A DNA stretch of 64,000 nucleotides from Eledone cirrhosa (GCA_964016885.1 OZ024745.1:82026001-82090000); one strand, 5' to 3'. Counted from the stretch's first letter, positions 14,160-26,896 are shown. Notes: generated by a model from the sequence alone, not told the origin. Translations and numbers: made by a program.

Positions 14160-14355
14160 CAATTTAGGCACGAGGCCAGAATTTTATGGTATGGGGTAAG
14201 TCGATTATATTTACTGGTATTTTATTTTATCGATCCCATAAGGATGAAAGACAAGGTTGACCTAGGCAGGATTTTAGCACAGAGCGTAAAGGTCCGTATC
14301 TAAATACCTCAAAGCATTTTGTCTAAGGCTCTAACGATTCTGCCAATCCGCCTGC
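14160..14355 (-). mobile_element. tRNA-derived SINE
   Basis: Matches the SINE at 28663-28850 (TACTGGTA..TTTATCGA..GGATGAAAG..TGCCAATCC). Confidence 0.8.
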
Positions 14356-14997
14356 CATTCACATGCATTAAATTGCAGATTGTTTCTTTCAAAGTAGTAA
14401 CAGTAGCCCTGTTAGATAAATTTACTCTGAAAAATATCAAACCTTTCATCATCATGTTCTAGCAACTGGTGCAACCAGTCGCTGGGGTTGCCATTATAGA
14501 TGTTTTGGCTCCCTGTCATCCGTCATACTCAGAAACATCATAGTATTGTGACAACCCCAGACCTTGATGTCGTTTCAGGATTATCTTTACCTCTTATTCG
14601 TTTGCATCTTACTGGGCCCAGGAGAATGGTATTCGACTGGGACTTGTGACAGTATAGGTGATTGTAATAGGCGAGTTTCCGTATTTTTGTTTTATTTTTG
14701 CAGCAAGTAGTTTCTGCCTGTCAACATATTTAGCAAAGCTCTCAATTTTCTCACGAGGATATCAAGCTAGAATAAAGAATCCAGAAATACGTAATGAACT
14801 TTTGCTAAACAACAAATATACATCAAATTGTAGAATGCCGAGGTTACATTGTCAGTTATAATGTACATCTATATTGGTTTTTAAAGAACTCCGATCTCTC
14901 ATGGGATTAACTGTAGTATTAGGTATTTGTGGGCGTTTGTAATAAGGAAAACTTACGACAGTCGATTAATGAATTTCATCAGTTTAAATAATAGTTG

Positions 14998-15399
<402 letters not shown>

Positions 15400-15914
15400 T
15401 AAACGGAAAAGAAAATGCTGACAAATTGTTCCCAGTGAAAAATAGTTTAATTAGGAATAAGTAAAAATTAGTAGTAGTATTGGTTAGTATTCAGTTTTGG
15501 TTTTAAGTTTTACCGGTTGCGCATTTCTAATGCTTTTCAAAAATAATTTTGAGATAGAGCGCCCGTGATATTTGCTTTATTCTGATTAGTTTTGGAAATT
15601 CTACCTGTTTTATGTGACAAAAGTGGCTCCAGATGTATTAAAATAAGTTTCGCGCCAATTCGTGTTGCAAAAATTCTTGTGGTCAAAACAATTTTGATTG
15701 GTCGGTAGAGGTCATGTGAATGTTAAAAATTGATTTTGCGCCAAATGTAGGTTTGTGTCGGCTGATTGAGAAGTCACTGAAAAATAAGTCTTTCAAAACA
15801 AATATGTGTGTGTGTGTGTAGTAGTAGTAGTAAAGAGGTTCGTTGTTGTGATAATGGTCAGCAGGGATGTGTGTGCGAACCGCAGCCTGTTGGCAGTTCA
15901 AATGCCTATTAAGA

Positions 15915-15975
<61 letters not shown>

Positions 15976-16657
15976 CAGAGTAATTCGTGGTAGAGGGATG
16001 GTCAGTAGGAATGTGTCTGTACGTGTGTGGGGGTATATTTTAACATGTTAAAAGATATTTTTCAGATCTTGTCTTATACGGGGAAGTGTGTATGTGTGTG
16101 TGTGTATATTTCTCTTTGTATGTTAATGTACGCGTGTGTATGTGTGTATATATGTATATATGTATGTGTGTCTATATATGTGTGTGTGTGTGTGAGAATG
16201 TGTGTGGGTGGACCAGTATTTTTGTGATACTGGTAAAAATGGTGTACATTATTCGATATTTTCAGTAAAAACGATTCTCTCAATAGAACATCAAAAACCT
16301 TAATAATAAAAGGTGTGAAATGATATATACTATTGGCATAATACCAAGGTGTGTGTGAGTGTCCAGATTGTGCGTACTGCAAGGGGAATCCATTAGGCCT
16401 TGCCGTATTGGAATACTTGTGTACAAATATGTATGTGCCCATCAGTATGCAATGCATGTGTGCGTTTATGTATGTGTGTGTGTCGGCATGTTTATATCTA
16501 TAGACATCAAAAGGTATGCAAATTTGTGTATATTTGTGTTGCACCATAGAACATGTGTGTTTACGTATGTCATTGTGTTTATATGTGGATAGAGATGTAT
16601 GTAGGATGTATGCTGATGTGGGTATGTATGTTGACGTGTGTATGTTGTGGGTTCGTC

Positions 16658-17580
16658 TTAGGGAGAAGTGTTTAAACGGGGTCCGTATTTGTTAATAAAG
16701 TGAGATTCCTTGCTGATGCGCTGGGTGTGGGTGGCATTATCTTTAAATTTGTAGAGGGGAAAGATTCTGAAGTTGGGATGATTTTGGGCGGCACAGGTAT
16801 CAATGTGTTCACTCAGTGGTATTTTCCTGTATTCCCGTATTTTAATTTGGGATCTATGGACAGTCATGCGTTGGCGGAGGCTGTTTTTGGTCTGGCCTAT
16901 GTATTGTTCTCGACAACCTGAGCAAGTTAATACATATATTAGATTTTCTGATGCGCATGTGAAATTGTGTTTTACTATAAAACGTTGTCCTTCTTTGAAA
17001 TAGAATTCCGAACCCTCTATTAGGTTGATGCATGTGCCACAGTTGGGTCTATCGCATTTTTTTACTGTGGGTTTCGTTGTTGTGGTTGGCAGTACTTTGG
17101 CATGTGTTAGGATGTTTTTCATTGACTTAGATTGTCTTTTGCTCTTTATGATATCGTGTGTTCGTAGGATTTGGTTCATTCTATGGTCCTTTTTCAACAC
17201 AGGGATGTTCTGGAGGATGGTGTCAAAGGTCTCATTGTTGAGGGGGTTGTGTGTGGAGATGTATGGAAGAGCTTTTAGTTTCGGTTGATTTACTTTAGGG
17301 TGTCTAAGGTCCTCGGTACTTAGTTTTAAAGCACGTTGGATTCCATTGTCAATTAGGGATGCAGGGTAGTCCCTGCCTATGAGTGTGTCCTTTAGTTCTT
17401 GTAGCCGTAAGTAGCAGGTGTTTTTATTGGAGACTATAGTACATATTCTCTCGGCTAAGTTGTAGGGAATATTAATTTTAACGTGTCTAGAGTGGCAAGA
17501 GTTGAAAGGAAGATATTGCTTGGAGTCTGTGGGCTTGTAGTATATGTCTGTTTCTATATTTTTGTTATGGATCTTAATGA
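16658..17580 (-). CDS. Penelope RT C-terminus plus GIY-YIG endonuclease (5'-truncated)
   Basis: ORF 16658-17200 with a CxxxxCxxC linker, IY/YIG motifs, RQRMTVHR and terminal PRLN. The upstream sequence reads as RT thumb. Confidence 0.85.
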
Positions 17581-17845
17581 TATATATTTGTTTTGAAAGA
17601 CTTATTTTTCAGGGACTTCTCAATCAGCCGACACAAACCTACATTTGGCGCAAAATCAATTTTTAACATTCACATGACCTCTACCGACCAATCAAAATTG
17701 TTTTGACCACAAGAATTTTTGCAACACGAATTGGCGCGAAACTTATTTTAATACATCTGGAGCCACTTTTTTTCACATAAAACAGGTAGAATTTCTAAAA
17801 CTAATCAGATTAGAGCAAACATCACGGGCGCTCTATCTCAAAATT

Positions 17846-17884
17846 ATTTTTGAAAAGCATTAGAAATGCGCAACCGGTAAAACT
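17846..17884 (+). ncRNA. Variant or degenerate minimal hammerhead motif in the pLTR (mirror copy at ~15506-15545 on -)
   Basis: TTGAAAA-GCAT-tagaa-ATGC-GCAA-CCGG-TA. U3/A8 core, palindromic stem III (ACCGGT), but GCAA in place of GAAA and a weak stem I. Confidence 0.45.
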
Positions 17885-18056
17885 TAAAACCAAAACTGAA
17901 TACTAACCAATACTATTACTAATTTTTACTTATTCCTAATTAAACTATTTTTCACATTTAGTCCAGAAATAGCCGTCGAAACGGCTTGAGCTCTGCAGTC
18001 GGGGTCATACTTGTTCCTATATACTTATATATATACATATATATTGTTATACATGG

Positions 18057-18118
18057 TGAGGGTCATATTTGTGTAATATTACCAGAAATATTGGCAATAT
18101 TACACAAATATGACCCTC
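18057..18118. repeat. Fold-back inverted repeat of a dispersed repeat also found at 48613-48715
   Basis: GAGGGTCATATTT.GTGTAATATT.CCA / TGG.AATATTACAC.AAATATGACCCTC. Segment 18100-18176 is the reverse complement of ~48614-48690. Confidence 0.75.
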
Positions 18119-18215
18119 CCCAAGTATAACAATATTTGTTTCGCCACACGATTTCATATCAAAAACCTCGCAAAACTAATTCATCGTCGTTATACATATA
18201 TATATATATATCTAT

Positions 18216-19325
18216 CTAAGGCGGGTAAAATTCCCGAGATCCATGGACAAGTTCTCTCCAGCGGTCTCTGTCCCTCATTATCGCTGCCATGTCCTGCGTC
18301 TCCAACAGACCAGTGTCTGTCCTTAGGGCATCAACATACGTTAACCTTGGTCTTCCTCTTCTAGTGTGTCCATGTAGGGGCTCCCAAAGGAGCACTGAGT
18401 GCAATGTCAACTCTGGATGTCGGTGAGCATGTCCAGCTAACCTCAGTCTCCTCTGTGTCACTTTAGCTGACTTTTGGGATGCTCCCATACAGCTCTGAGT
18501 TTTTCATCCTCAGTGTATACTGATTAATGTTCAGAGCCATCCTCAACATTCTCGTGTAGCACCCATCCACCATCTGAGTGAGTTTCTTGGTCAGTGTCCA
18601 AGTCTCAGACCCATACAGCAGCACAGACTCCACTACAGCAATGAAGAGGCGGACTTTCAGGTCTCTACCAAGGTCCGACTTCCACACCGATCTCAAGCTG
18701 TGGCACGCCGCGCAGGCCTTGCACTTCCTCTCAACCACATCATCTTCCGTATTCCCAATCTTTGCTCCCAAATACAGGAAGCCCTCAACCAATTCTAGCG
18801 GCTTCCCGCCTACATTAGTGATCCCCTCTGGCTTCTCAACATTCTCTACCAGATATTGTGTTTTAGTCTCATGGTTTTCATTGACTTTAGGAAGGCCTTT
18901 GATTCTGTGGACCGCTACTGCCTGATGAAGATCTTACAGGCTTATGGAATCCCCAAGAAGATAGTGGACCTGATATCACTGCTCTACACCAACACCAAAG
19001 CCCAAGTCATTACACCTGATGGGATGACAGAGTTCTTTGAGATACTGGCTGCAGTGCTCCAGGGAGATACATTGGCTCCCTACCTTTTTATCATCATAGT
19101 GGACTATTGTATGCGCCTTGCACTGGAGAAACACCAAGACTCTGGGTTTACTGTAGCACCGGCTCAGAGCAGGAGAGTTAGGGCGAAAAAGGTATCGGAT
19201 GCTGAATTTGCCGACGACATAGTTTTGGTGACAAATGCAGTGAAGGAGGCAGAGGATTTGATGCGGGAGGTTGAGACTGTGTCGATGAGTGTGGGGCTGA
19301 GAATGAATGAGACTAAAACAAAATA
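18216..19325 (-). mobile_element. RTE-clade LINE, 5'-truncated with an inverted 5' segment
   Basis: Minus-strand 3' part 18216-18872 (FLYLG, SVLLYGSETW, RRLRLAGH, RRGRPR). Plus-strand part 18871-19325 (FIDFRKAFD, LQGDTLAP, FADD). Confidence 0.9.
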
Positions 19326-19887
19326 TATATATATATCTTTGATATATTGTTTTTGTTTATGCCACGAAACTACGTAGTCGAGGAATTTAGGAGCAGTTTA
19401 GGTATGATACATTTTATTACTAATTATATCTAAATGTTTCTTCTCTCTTCATAGTGTATTTTTAACTCTGATACTGGTTCAGTCTGGTTCAAATTGAATT
19501 GGTCTGTCCCAGTCATTCATTGAGCAACATCGGTGAAGTTGGCACCCTTAACTCACAGTTGGGTGCGGATGCATTCATGTATATATGTGTGTGTCCGCAT
19601 GTATCTGTGTGTTTCTGAATATATTAATAACTCCCTCTGGTCGAGCAATCTTTGAAGTGTGGGGACAACTGGAAAGCTTCCATTACTCATACTTCTCGCC
19701 TTCTTCACTACCTCTTCTACGGCCTCGATATGAATACCCCCTCCGCCTCCGTGGTATTTTCTTCGTGGTTATAAGAGGCTTAGCTCTGTTTCTCGACCGT
19801 TATATCGCGTGACTATCTCCCCCTCCACCTTTTGGGATTCTTTCTCACGTCGTGTAGACGCGTTCTTGAGACTAGTAAAATGAGGTA

Positions 19888-19975
19888 TCCTCTTGATAAG
19901 TCGGCAGACCTCGCAGGGACTCTATATCTTTGATATATTGTTTTTGTTTATGCCACGAAACTACGTAGTCGAGGA
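19888..19975 (+). ncRNA. Type I hammerhead ribozyme, U3-A8 core variant
   Basis: Stem I TCCTC/GAGGA, core TTGATAA, stem II GT(C)GGCA/TGCCAC, GAAA, palindromic stem III ACTACGTAGT. GUC site ends at 19970. Confidence 0.78.
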
Positions 19976-20478
19976 ATTTAGGAGCAGTTTAGGTATGATA
20001 CATTTTATTACTAATTATATCTAAATGTTTCTTCTCTCTTCATAGTGTATTTTTAACTCTGATACTGGTTCAGTCTGGTTCAAATTGAATTGGTCTGTCC
20101 CAGTCATTCATTGAGCAACATCGGTGAAGTTGGCACCCTTAACTCACAGTTGGGTGCGGATGCATTCATGTATATATGTGTGTGTCCGCATGTATCTGTG
20201 TGTTTCTGAATATATTAATAACTCCCTCTGGTCGAGCAATCTTTGAAGTGTGGGGACAACTGGAAAGCTTCCATTACTCATACTTCTCGCCTTCTTCACT
20301 ACCTCTTCTACGGCCTCGATATGAATACCCCCTCCGCCTCCGTGGTATTTTCTTCGTGGTTATAAGAGGCTTAGCTCTGTTTCTCGACCGTTATATCGCG
20401 TGACTATCTCCCCCTCCGCCTTTTGGGATTCTTTCTCACGTCGTGTAGACGCGTTCTTGAGACTAGTAAAATGAGGTA

Positions 20479-20566
20479 TCCTCTTGATAAGTCGGCCGAC
20501 CTCGCAGGGACTCTATATCTTTGATATATTGTTTTTGTTTATGCCACGAAACTACGTAGTCGAGGA
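20479..20566 (+). ncRNA. Type I hammerhead ribozyme, U3-A8 core variant (second copy)
   Basis: As 19888-19975 with one stem II mismatch. GUC site ends at 20561. Confidence 0.75.
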
Positions 20567-20635
20567 ATTTAGGAGCAGTTTAGGTATGATACATTTTATT
20601 ACTAATTATATCTAAATGTTTCTTCTCTCTTCATA

Positions 20636-20692
<57 letters not shown>

Positions 20693-20890
20693 TATATACA
20701 CACACACATATATACGCACCAAGTATAGGAAATATAATCAGAATTGTACTTCTGTCAACGAACATCCCCGAAAGACAAGCTCCTATGGCAATCTATCGTT
20801 TTCCATTTACATCATGTACGAAGCGATTCTGATCTAATTTAAATATTATCTCAATATGCCTAGAAACTGTATTTCTTCTGTAGCAGATTT

Positions 20891-21057
<167 letters not shown>

Positions 21058-21471
21058 ATCTTATCGGTACAAAGACGTTAACTGTAACAGATTTTGTTCT
21101 CCCTTAGATGATTGTTAAGATGAGACGCAATGTACTTGAAGTTATTTGGCTATTTTAACTGTATTTGTCACATGCTTTGAAACTTAACATTACGACGACA
21201 ATATTTTATTGTGTCGGATTAATAACGCACGAAAAAAAATACAAATATTTATTGATTCATTGGTTCACAGAAATGTTCTACCGCAAATTGAATCTCCATG
21301 TAAGAAAAGAAATAATTGCAATTTTATTTCTTTAACCTTATTTCTTAGATTATATGTGTATTAGGTTGTTTGTCTTCATGGTATCAGCCTTCCAACGGTT
21401 ATCAGATGTCATACAAATACTAGACTGGTTTCCAGAACATTTTCTAAATCTAGTGACATACACCCCCTCCC

Positions 21472-21537
<66 letters not shown>

Positions 21538-21539
21538 TA

Positions 21540-22915
21540 AAATAACAGATTAAAGTTTAAGCAAAGAATCGCTGCTTTCACCCTTAACGAGATCTTCTGA
21601 AACTAACAAAGTCAATCTGTAAACGCAGAAGTGGATATTTCCAAAAACGTTGCAACCGGAGGAAGACAGGAAGAGGATACTTTGGTTCGTGGAAACGTTC
21701 CCTGGCAAAGAACGGGAAAAAAACGAATATAATACGTCATTAATAGGAGCGGTGAAAAACAATTATGCGCAAAGACAGAACCACGTTTATGGTATAAAAG
21801 AGGTCGTAGACTAATGTTCTCTTAGGTGGTTCATAGAGACGTTCTCTGGCAATGAACGAAAAAAAACGAAGATAATACGTCATATGTGGATCGTGGAGAA
21901 CAATTGCACGCAAAGACAAAACCACGTAAATAGTATAGCAGAAGTCGTAGACTAAAATTCTAACTAGGAGACCAAATGAATCTCCGCTTCAGAGTTAAGA
22001 ATAAAGTAAATAAATACAATACAGAGGTAATAGAAATTAAATAAATACATACACGCATACAAATACGTACATACACAAGCATACGCGAAAACACTTACCA
22101 TAGGCATGCAAAACCACGCACATATAAATATGTGTGTGTGTCTGTGCGTGTATACAAATAAATAAATAATTAAATAAACGTATATAAATAAATAAATACG
22201 TATATAACAAGCGCACACACATACCTACATATAAATATACAAATGTTCGGAGACGTAAGTCAACCAAAACATGAAGTACACATATACACACACCCTACAT
22301 ACGTACGAACCTGCATACTCACACAGACGCAAAAACCCCCGTATACACATAACCAAACCATATGTACCAGAATATATAAAATTATACGCCATAACATATA
22401 CAATCAAATATACGTACGAGAAAGTATACGTACCTTCACAAAACATACATGTAATATATACTTACCTATGCAAATAAGTAATGGTATAAACAAAACATAT
22501 ACTTAGCTACCACATCAAGACGTAAAATATCCACGTATAGATCGTACTATCCGTTAGAGTATAACGTGGGGCTGTAATACAGGAAAGTTTTGTGCAATTT
22601 ATGTTTACAAGCCGAAATTGACTCAGATGTTTTGTTTAAGATGTGGTCTGTGGCGTAGAGTATTTCCAGGGCTTCAGCGGTGCAGAGGTCACATGGTCTT
22701 TTATTTCCGTTATACGATCTAGCCCTAGCTAGGATCTCGCAGTGTAACTTATATTGGGTGTGGTTGTCTATTAGACTCCAGATATAAGCTGAAAGTGACG
22801 TCATATTCCTTCTTAGAGGGTAACGAAAAGAATGGGTATGCATGTAAAGACGCTGCTTGAATCTATTGGCGGTTAACCCTATGTAGGACCTACGGGACGT
22901 AGGTGTTTCAACCTT
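21540..22915 (-). mobile_element. Penelope-like 3' fragment (GIY-YIG plus putative 3' region with a 144-bp duplication)
   Basis: YIGLTANRFKQRLYMH...TSLSAYIW...CDLCTAE...CKH at 22547-22890. Duplicated block at 21702 and 21846. The extent of the non-coding part is inferred. Confidence 0.7.
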
Positions 22916-22955
22916 CGAGCCCTCTTTGGATTTTAGTCTTCAAATTTATTATTAT

Positions 22956-22999
<44 letters not shown>

Positions 23000-23066
23000 T
23001 GCTGCGCACACAGGCTTTGGGACGTGTGTTTTTTCCTGCCAGCGACATATCAAGCATATCGATTTT

Positions 23067-23152
23067 CATCTGAAGATACCGTTCTCGTAATCAACAGCAA
23101 ATGTATGAAGGACATCTCGATTGCATGGAGACCGTGGAAATAATTATAATGA
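23067..23152 (+). ncRNA. Type I hammerhead ribozyme motif in a ~290-bp unit between (TA)n tracts
   Basis: TCAT-CTGAAGA-stem II (TACCGTTCTC...GAGACCGTG, imperfect)-GAAA-TAATTA-TA-ATGA. Palindromic stem III. Confidence 0.65.
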
Positions 23153-23439
23153 TTAAACGATATATTTAACCTCAACATCTTATTTTGTTATTTTTATAAA
23201 ATTCTCCATCGTAACCAAAAACAACGATTGTTGAGAGCTTTCTCCTGCTTACTCCTGTTTTACCAAAACAATCTTTTCCGAACAAATATATTTATATATA
23301 TATATAAGCGAAATCAACTTCCGAAAGAAAACCAAGCAAAGAGGGACCAGTGGACAACTGTCCAAAGGAAGAACAGAAGGCGCCGAGACACTGGGAGCAA
23401 GAAAACCCAGGTAACGTGCAAGTTATTCAGGAAGGGGAC

Positions 23440-23585
23440 CTCATACCAATGCAATCTCCTCCCCAGAAAACAACATTTGATACCTCTAATGCTTAGCCTC
23501 TCTCTCAATTCGTTCATGCTTCGCCGTTCGCGCACATTACTATTACACATCCATCGGAGCATGCAAGCTTCATTTCTTTCTATGC
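23440..23585 (-). mobile_element. RTE-type LINE C-terminal fragment
   Basis: EACMLRWMC...NELRERLSI...RRLHWY. Confidence 0.65.
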
Positions 23586-23644
23586 ATTCACACACACACA
23601 AACATATAGACACACACAGGCACAGACATCGACAGACAGACACG

Positions 23645-23675
<31 letters not shown>

Positions 23676-23862
23676 GCATTCACACATACACAAACATATA
23701 GACACACACAGAAACACACAGACACACACAGACACAGGCACCGACAGGGAGACAGACATACACACACACACACACACCTATATATATGTATGCACACACA
23801 CACACAAACATATAGACACACAGAGACACACATAGAGGCACACACATACACAGACATCAACA

Positions 23863-23927
<65 letters not shown>

Positions 23928-23999
23928 ACACATACTCACACATATATAACGTTATTTTACATCGCTAGGTATGTCAATAAACATTAACCCTGGTACGGA

Positions 24000-25245
24000 A
24001 TCTAATACATATATATATATATCAATTTCTACTACAACGTAATATAATATCTGTATACAACAACTACAACGGTACGCGATGGAGCTCACCCACCGCCCCA
24101 GTGGACAGAATGGAGAATGCGTTTCTCCGGAGGACGGCAAGGGAGACGCGCTGGAAAAGCCACTCCAACTCGCGGGGCTCACACCTGCGACTCGCCAGCT
24201 CAGCGCTTATGGTGGTGAGTAAGGAGGTAGCCCTGGGGCCGAGGACACCAGAAGTCTCCACTGCCAGGGGTACGACCGCAAACCTGTTGGAGAGCGACCG
24301 GTATTTGAGGAGTTTGGCCCCTCAGCCCGACGTGCAACAGAACCTGGGTCAGTCGCAGACTGCACCAGGCTGCGGCTGCAGAAAGTGTCGGTGCAAGTGG
24401 CATCCCAGACGAGGGGTTTGCCACCGCGGAACGAGAAGATGGTCATGCCATCTGGCCTTTTGCCGTCCCCTCGATCCAGCCCCACCGGCTCGAGCTGGAA
24501 AGGGAAGCCTGCAGCGTCCAAGCCATGCTTAATGACCTCGTTAAGGACAGCATGGCATGGAATGCGGCCGGCAATGTGGCGACAGGAAAGCGGGTGGATG
24601 CCGAAAGAGTCCACGGTGGAATCGCAGCGACGTTGGTGTGGCTGGCAGATCCGGAGGCCGAGCCTCAGGGAAACGCCGATTCGCAGGCTATGGTTATCTA
24701 GCTGCGTGCCAGTGGAGAAGGAGGGCAGAGCATGAGCCAGGCACCACTGTGGGGTTTGGAGGTCGCAGGAAAACAAGCAAGGCGGTGCTGGTCGAGCTGG
24801 CGCGTGAACCTGTCTGAGGCCAGGCTGCACTGGATGGCATCCTAAGTGCGTTGGGGGGACTTGACGTCAACAGGGGGAGAAGGAGGAGGGAGGTCTACTG
24901 GGCTAAGTCCCAGCTGGTCCCACGTCTCACAGGCGGCCTCACGTTCTCTGAACACAGAGGGTTCTGTTGTGTTGTCAAGATCCTTCCTGACGAGGATGCG
25001 GCACGAGGTTACCGATGAAAGATACGCCAGCAAAGCTAGTGAGATCGGGGACCGGAGGCCAAGGCCGCCATACCTGTCATGTAAAGTGGCCTGTTGCCAC
25101 CCTATGTCGTCAAACTTGACGTTGCATATCCCTCGGCTGCTGCTCGGATACAAGTATCGAGGTCAGCGAGGAGAGATGTCTGGGTGTAGCACGGAGCGCT
25201 GCGGAGTGTATAGAGGAGCTTTGCCTTTGAGCATGGTTGGTTGAA
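24000..25245 (-). mobile_element. CRE-like (restriction-like endonuclease) non-LTR retrotransposon, 3' fragment
   Basis: GGLGLR, C..DSFGIHPLSC zinc knuckle, EP.GL..DGKRPDG, LVWDATC, AVETSG, LFQRVSLAVLRRNA. Confidence 0.85.
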
Positions 25246-25603
25246 AGTCATCCGAACTTACATAAAGGGGGAAATTAAAGTAACTTTTATACCTAATTAC
25301 ATAAAATAAAATTATTTGGTACTAAATTTCGTATGTGTTCTATATTAAATATATTTAAAAAAATTCTATACAAGACCACCCGTTGGGTCAGGTTTACTTA
25401 AACATATTTTTAAAATAATTAAAATATATGCAGACATATATATTATGTAAAATGAAATTGGGAGGCCCATATATATATATATATATATAAGTTGAAATAA
25501 AATGAAAACGAAATTTCATTTCTCACTCTTAGTACGGCACTTACTTAAATGTAAGTATGTGTGTATACGTACATACATATATGTATACAGACGTACAGTA
25601 GCA

Positions 25604-25683
<80 letters not shown>

Positions 25684-25835
25684 CAGGTACACATACATAT
25701 ATGCACGTATCAGTTTAACGGACGCTTATTATAACGCCGCTTTGTTCGTTTGTAAACAAACTGAACAGCCTGAATTTTATGCCGTACGGTGTTAAGGCAA
25801 CCACGTCACCTTTTTGTTCAACACTGACACAGGAA

Positions 25836-25876
25836 CGATGTACTAGTTTCAAGCTTGTTAGCTATCATCAGCACCG
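25836..25876 (-). ncRNA. Minimal type I hammerhead ribozyme
   Basis: Reverse complement of 26620-26660. Confidence 0.85.
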
Positions 25877-26113
25877 TATACCCTTCTGCCAGATAGTTGA
25901 ACGTTCGAAAGTATATACTTTCCTTATGAAAATTAACGGCTGAGCAGCCTAATTTGCATATCGAGTGAGTTAAGTCGGTCAGGCATACCGAAAACGATAA
26001 GTTGAAATAAAATGAAAACGAAATTTCATTTCTCACTCTTAGTACGGCACTTACTTAAATGTAAGTATGTGTGTATACGTACATACATATATGTATACAG
26101 ACGTACAGTAGCA

Positions 26114-26161
<48 letters not shown>

Positions 26162-26326
26162 CAAGTACACATACATATATCCACGTAAAAAAAAAAAAAG
26201 GTGACGTGGTTGCCTTAACACCGTACGGCATAAAATTCAGGCTGCTCAGTTTGTTTACAAACGAACAAGGCGGCGTTATAATAAGCGTCCGCTAAACTGA
26301 TACGTGCATATATGTATGTGTACCTG

Positions 26327-26382
<56 letters not shown>

Positions 26383-26619
26383 TGCTACTGTACGTCTGTA
26401 TACATATATGTATGTACGTATACACACATAGTTACATTTAAGTAAGTGCCGTACTAAGAGTGAGAAATGAAATTTCGTTTTCATTTTATTTCAACTTATC
26501 GTTTTCGGTATGCCTGACCGACTTAACTCACTCGATATGAAAATTAGGCTGCTCAGCCGTTAATTTTCATAAGGAAAGTATATACTTTCGAACGTTCAAC
26601 TATCTGGCAGAAGGGTATA

Positions 26620-26660
26620 CGGTGCTGATGATAGCTAACAAGCTTGAAACTAGTACATCG
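26620..26660 (+). ncRNA. Minimal type I hammerhead ribozyme
   Basis: CGGTG-CTGATGA-tAGCT aaca AGCTt-GAAA-CTAG-TA-CATCG. Canonical core, palindromic ACTAGT stem III, GUA site ending at 26655. Confidence 0.88.
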
Positions 26661-26812
26661 TTCCTGTGTCAGTGTTGAACAAAAAGGTGACGTGGTTGCC
26701 TTAACACCGTACGGCATAAAATTCAGGCTGTTCAGTTTGTTTACAAACGAACAAAGCGGCGTTATAATAAGCGTCCGCTAAACTGATACGTGCATATATG
26801 TATGTGTACCTG

Positions 26813-26848
<36 letters not shown>

Positions 26849-26896
26849 TGCTACTGTACGTCTGTATACATATATGTATGTACGTATACACACATA

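Larger units (their letters stand above)
15403..17955 (-). mobile_element. 5'-truncated Penelope-like element with inverted pLTR
   Basis: RT thumb (TDIYYKPTDSKQYLPFNSCH) plus GIY-YIG (LIYVLTC...YIGQT) at 16658-17580. Segment 15435-15805 recurs inverted at 17584-17955. Confidence 0.9.
19331..20640 (+). repeat. 591-bp tandem repeat (~2.2 units), retrozyme-like
   Basis: Near-identical units with period 591 (e.g. 19585 and 20176). One hammerhead per unit. TA repeats on both flanks. Confidence 0.92.

Noticed and set aside
21957-22000. Hammerhead-like CTGAAGC-GGAGA/TCTCC on the minus strand
   Set aside because: The GAAA/stem III half is missing, so it is at most a deleted remnant.
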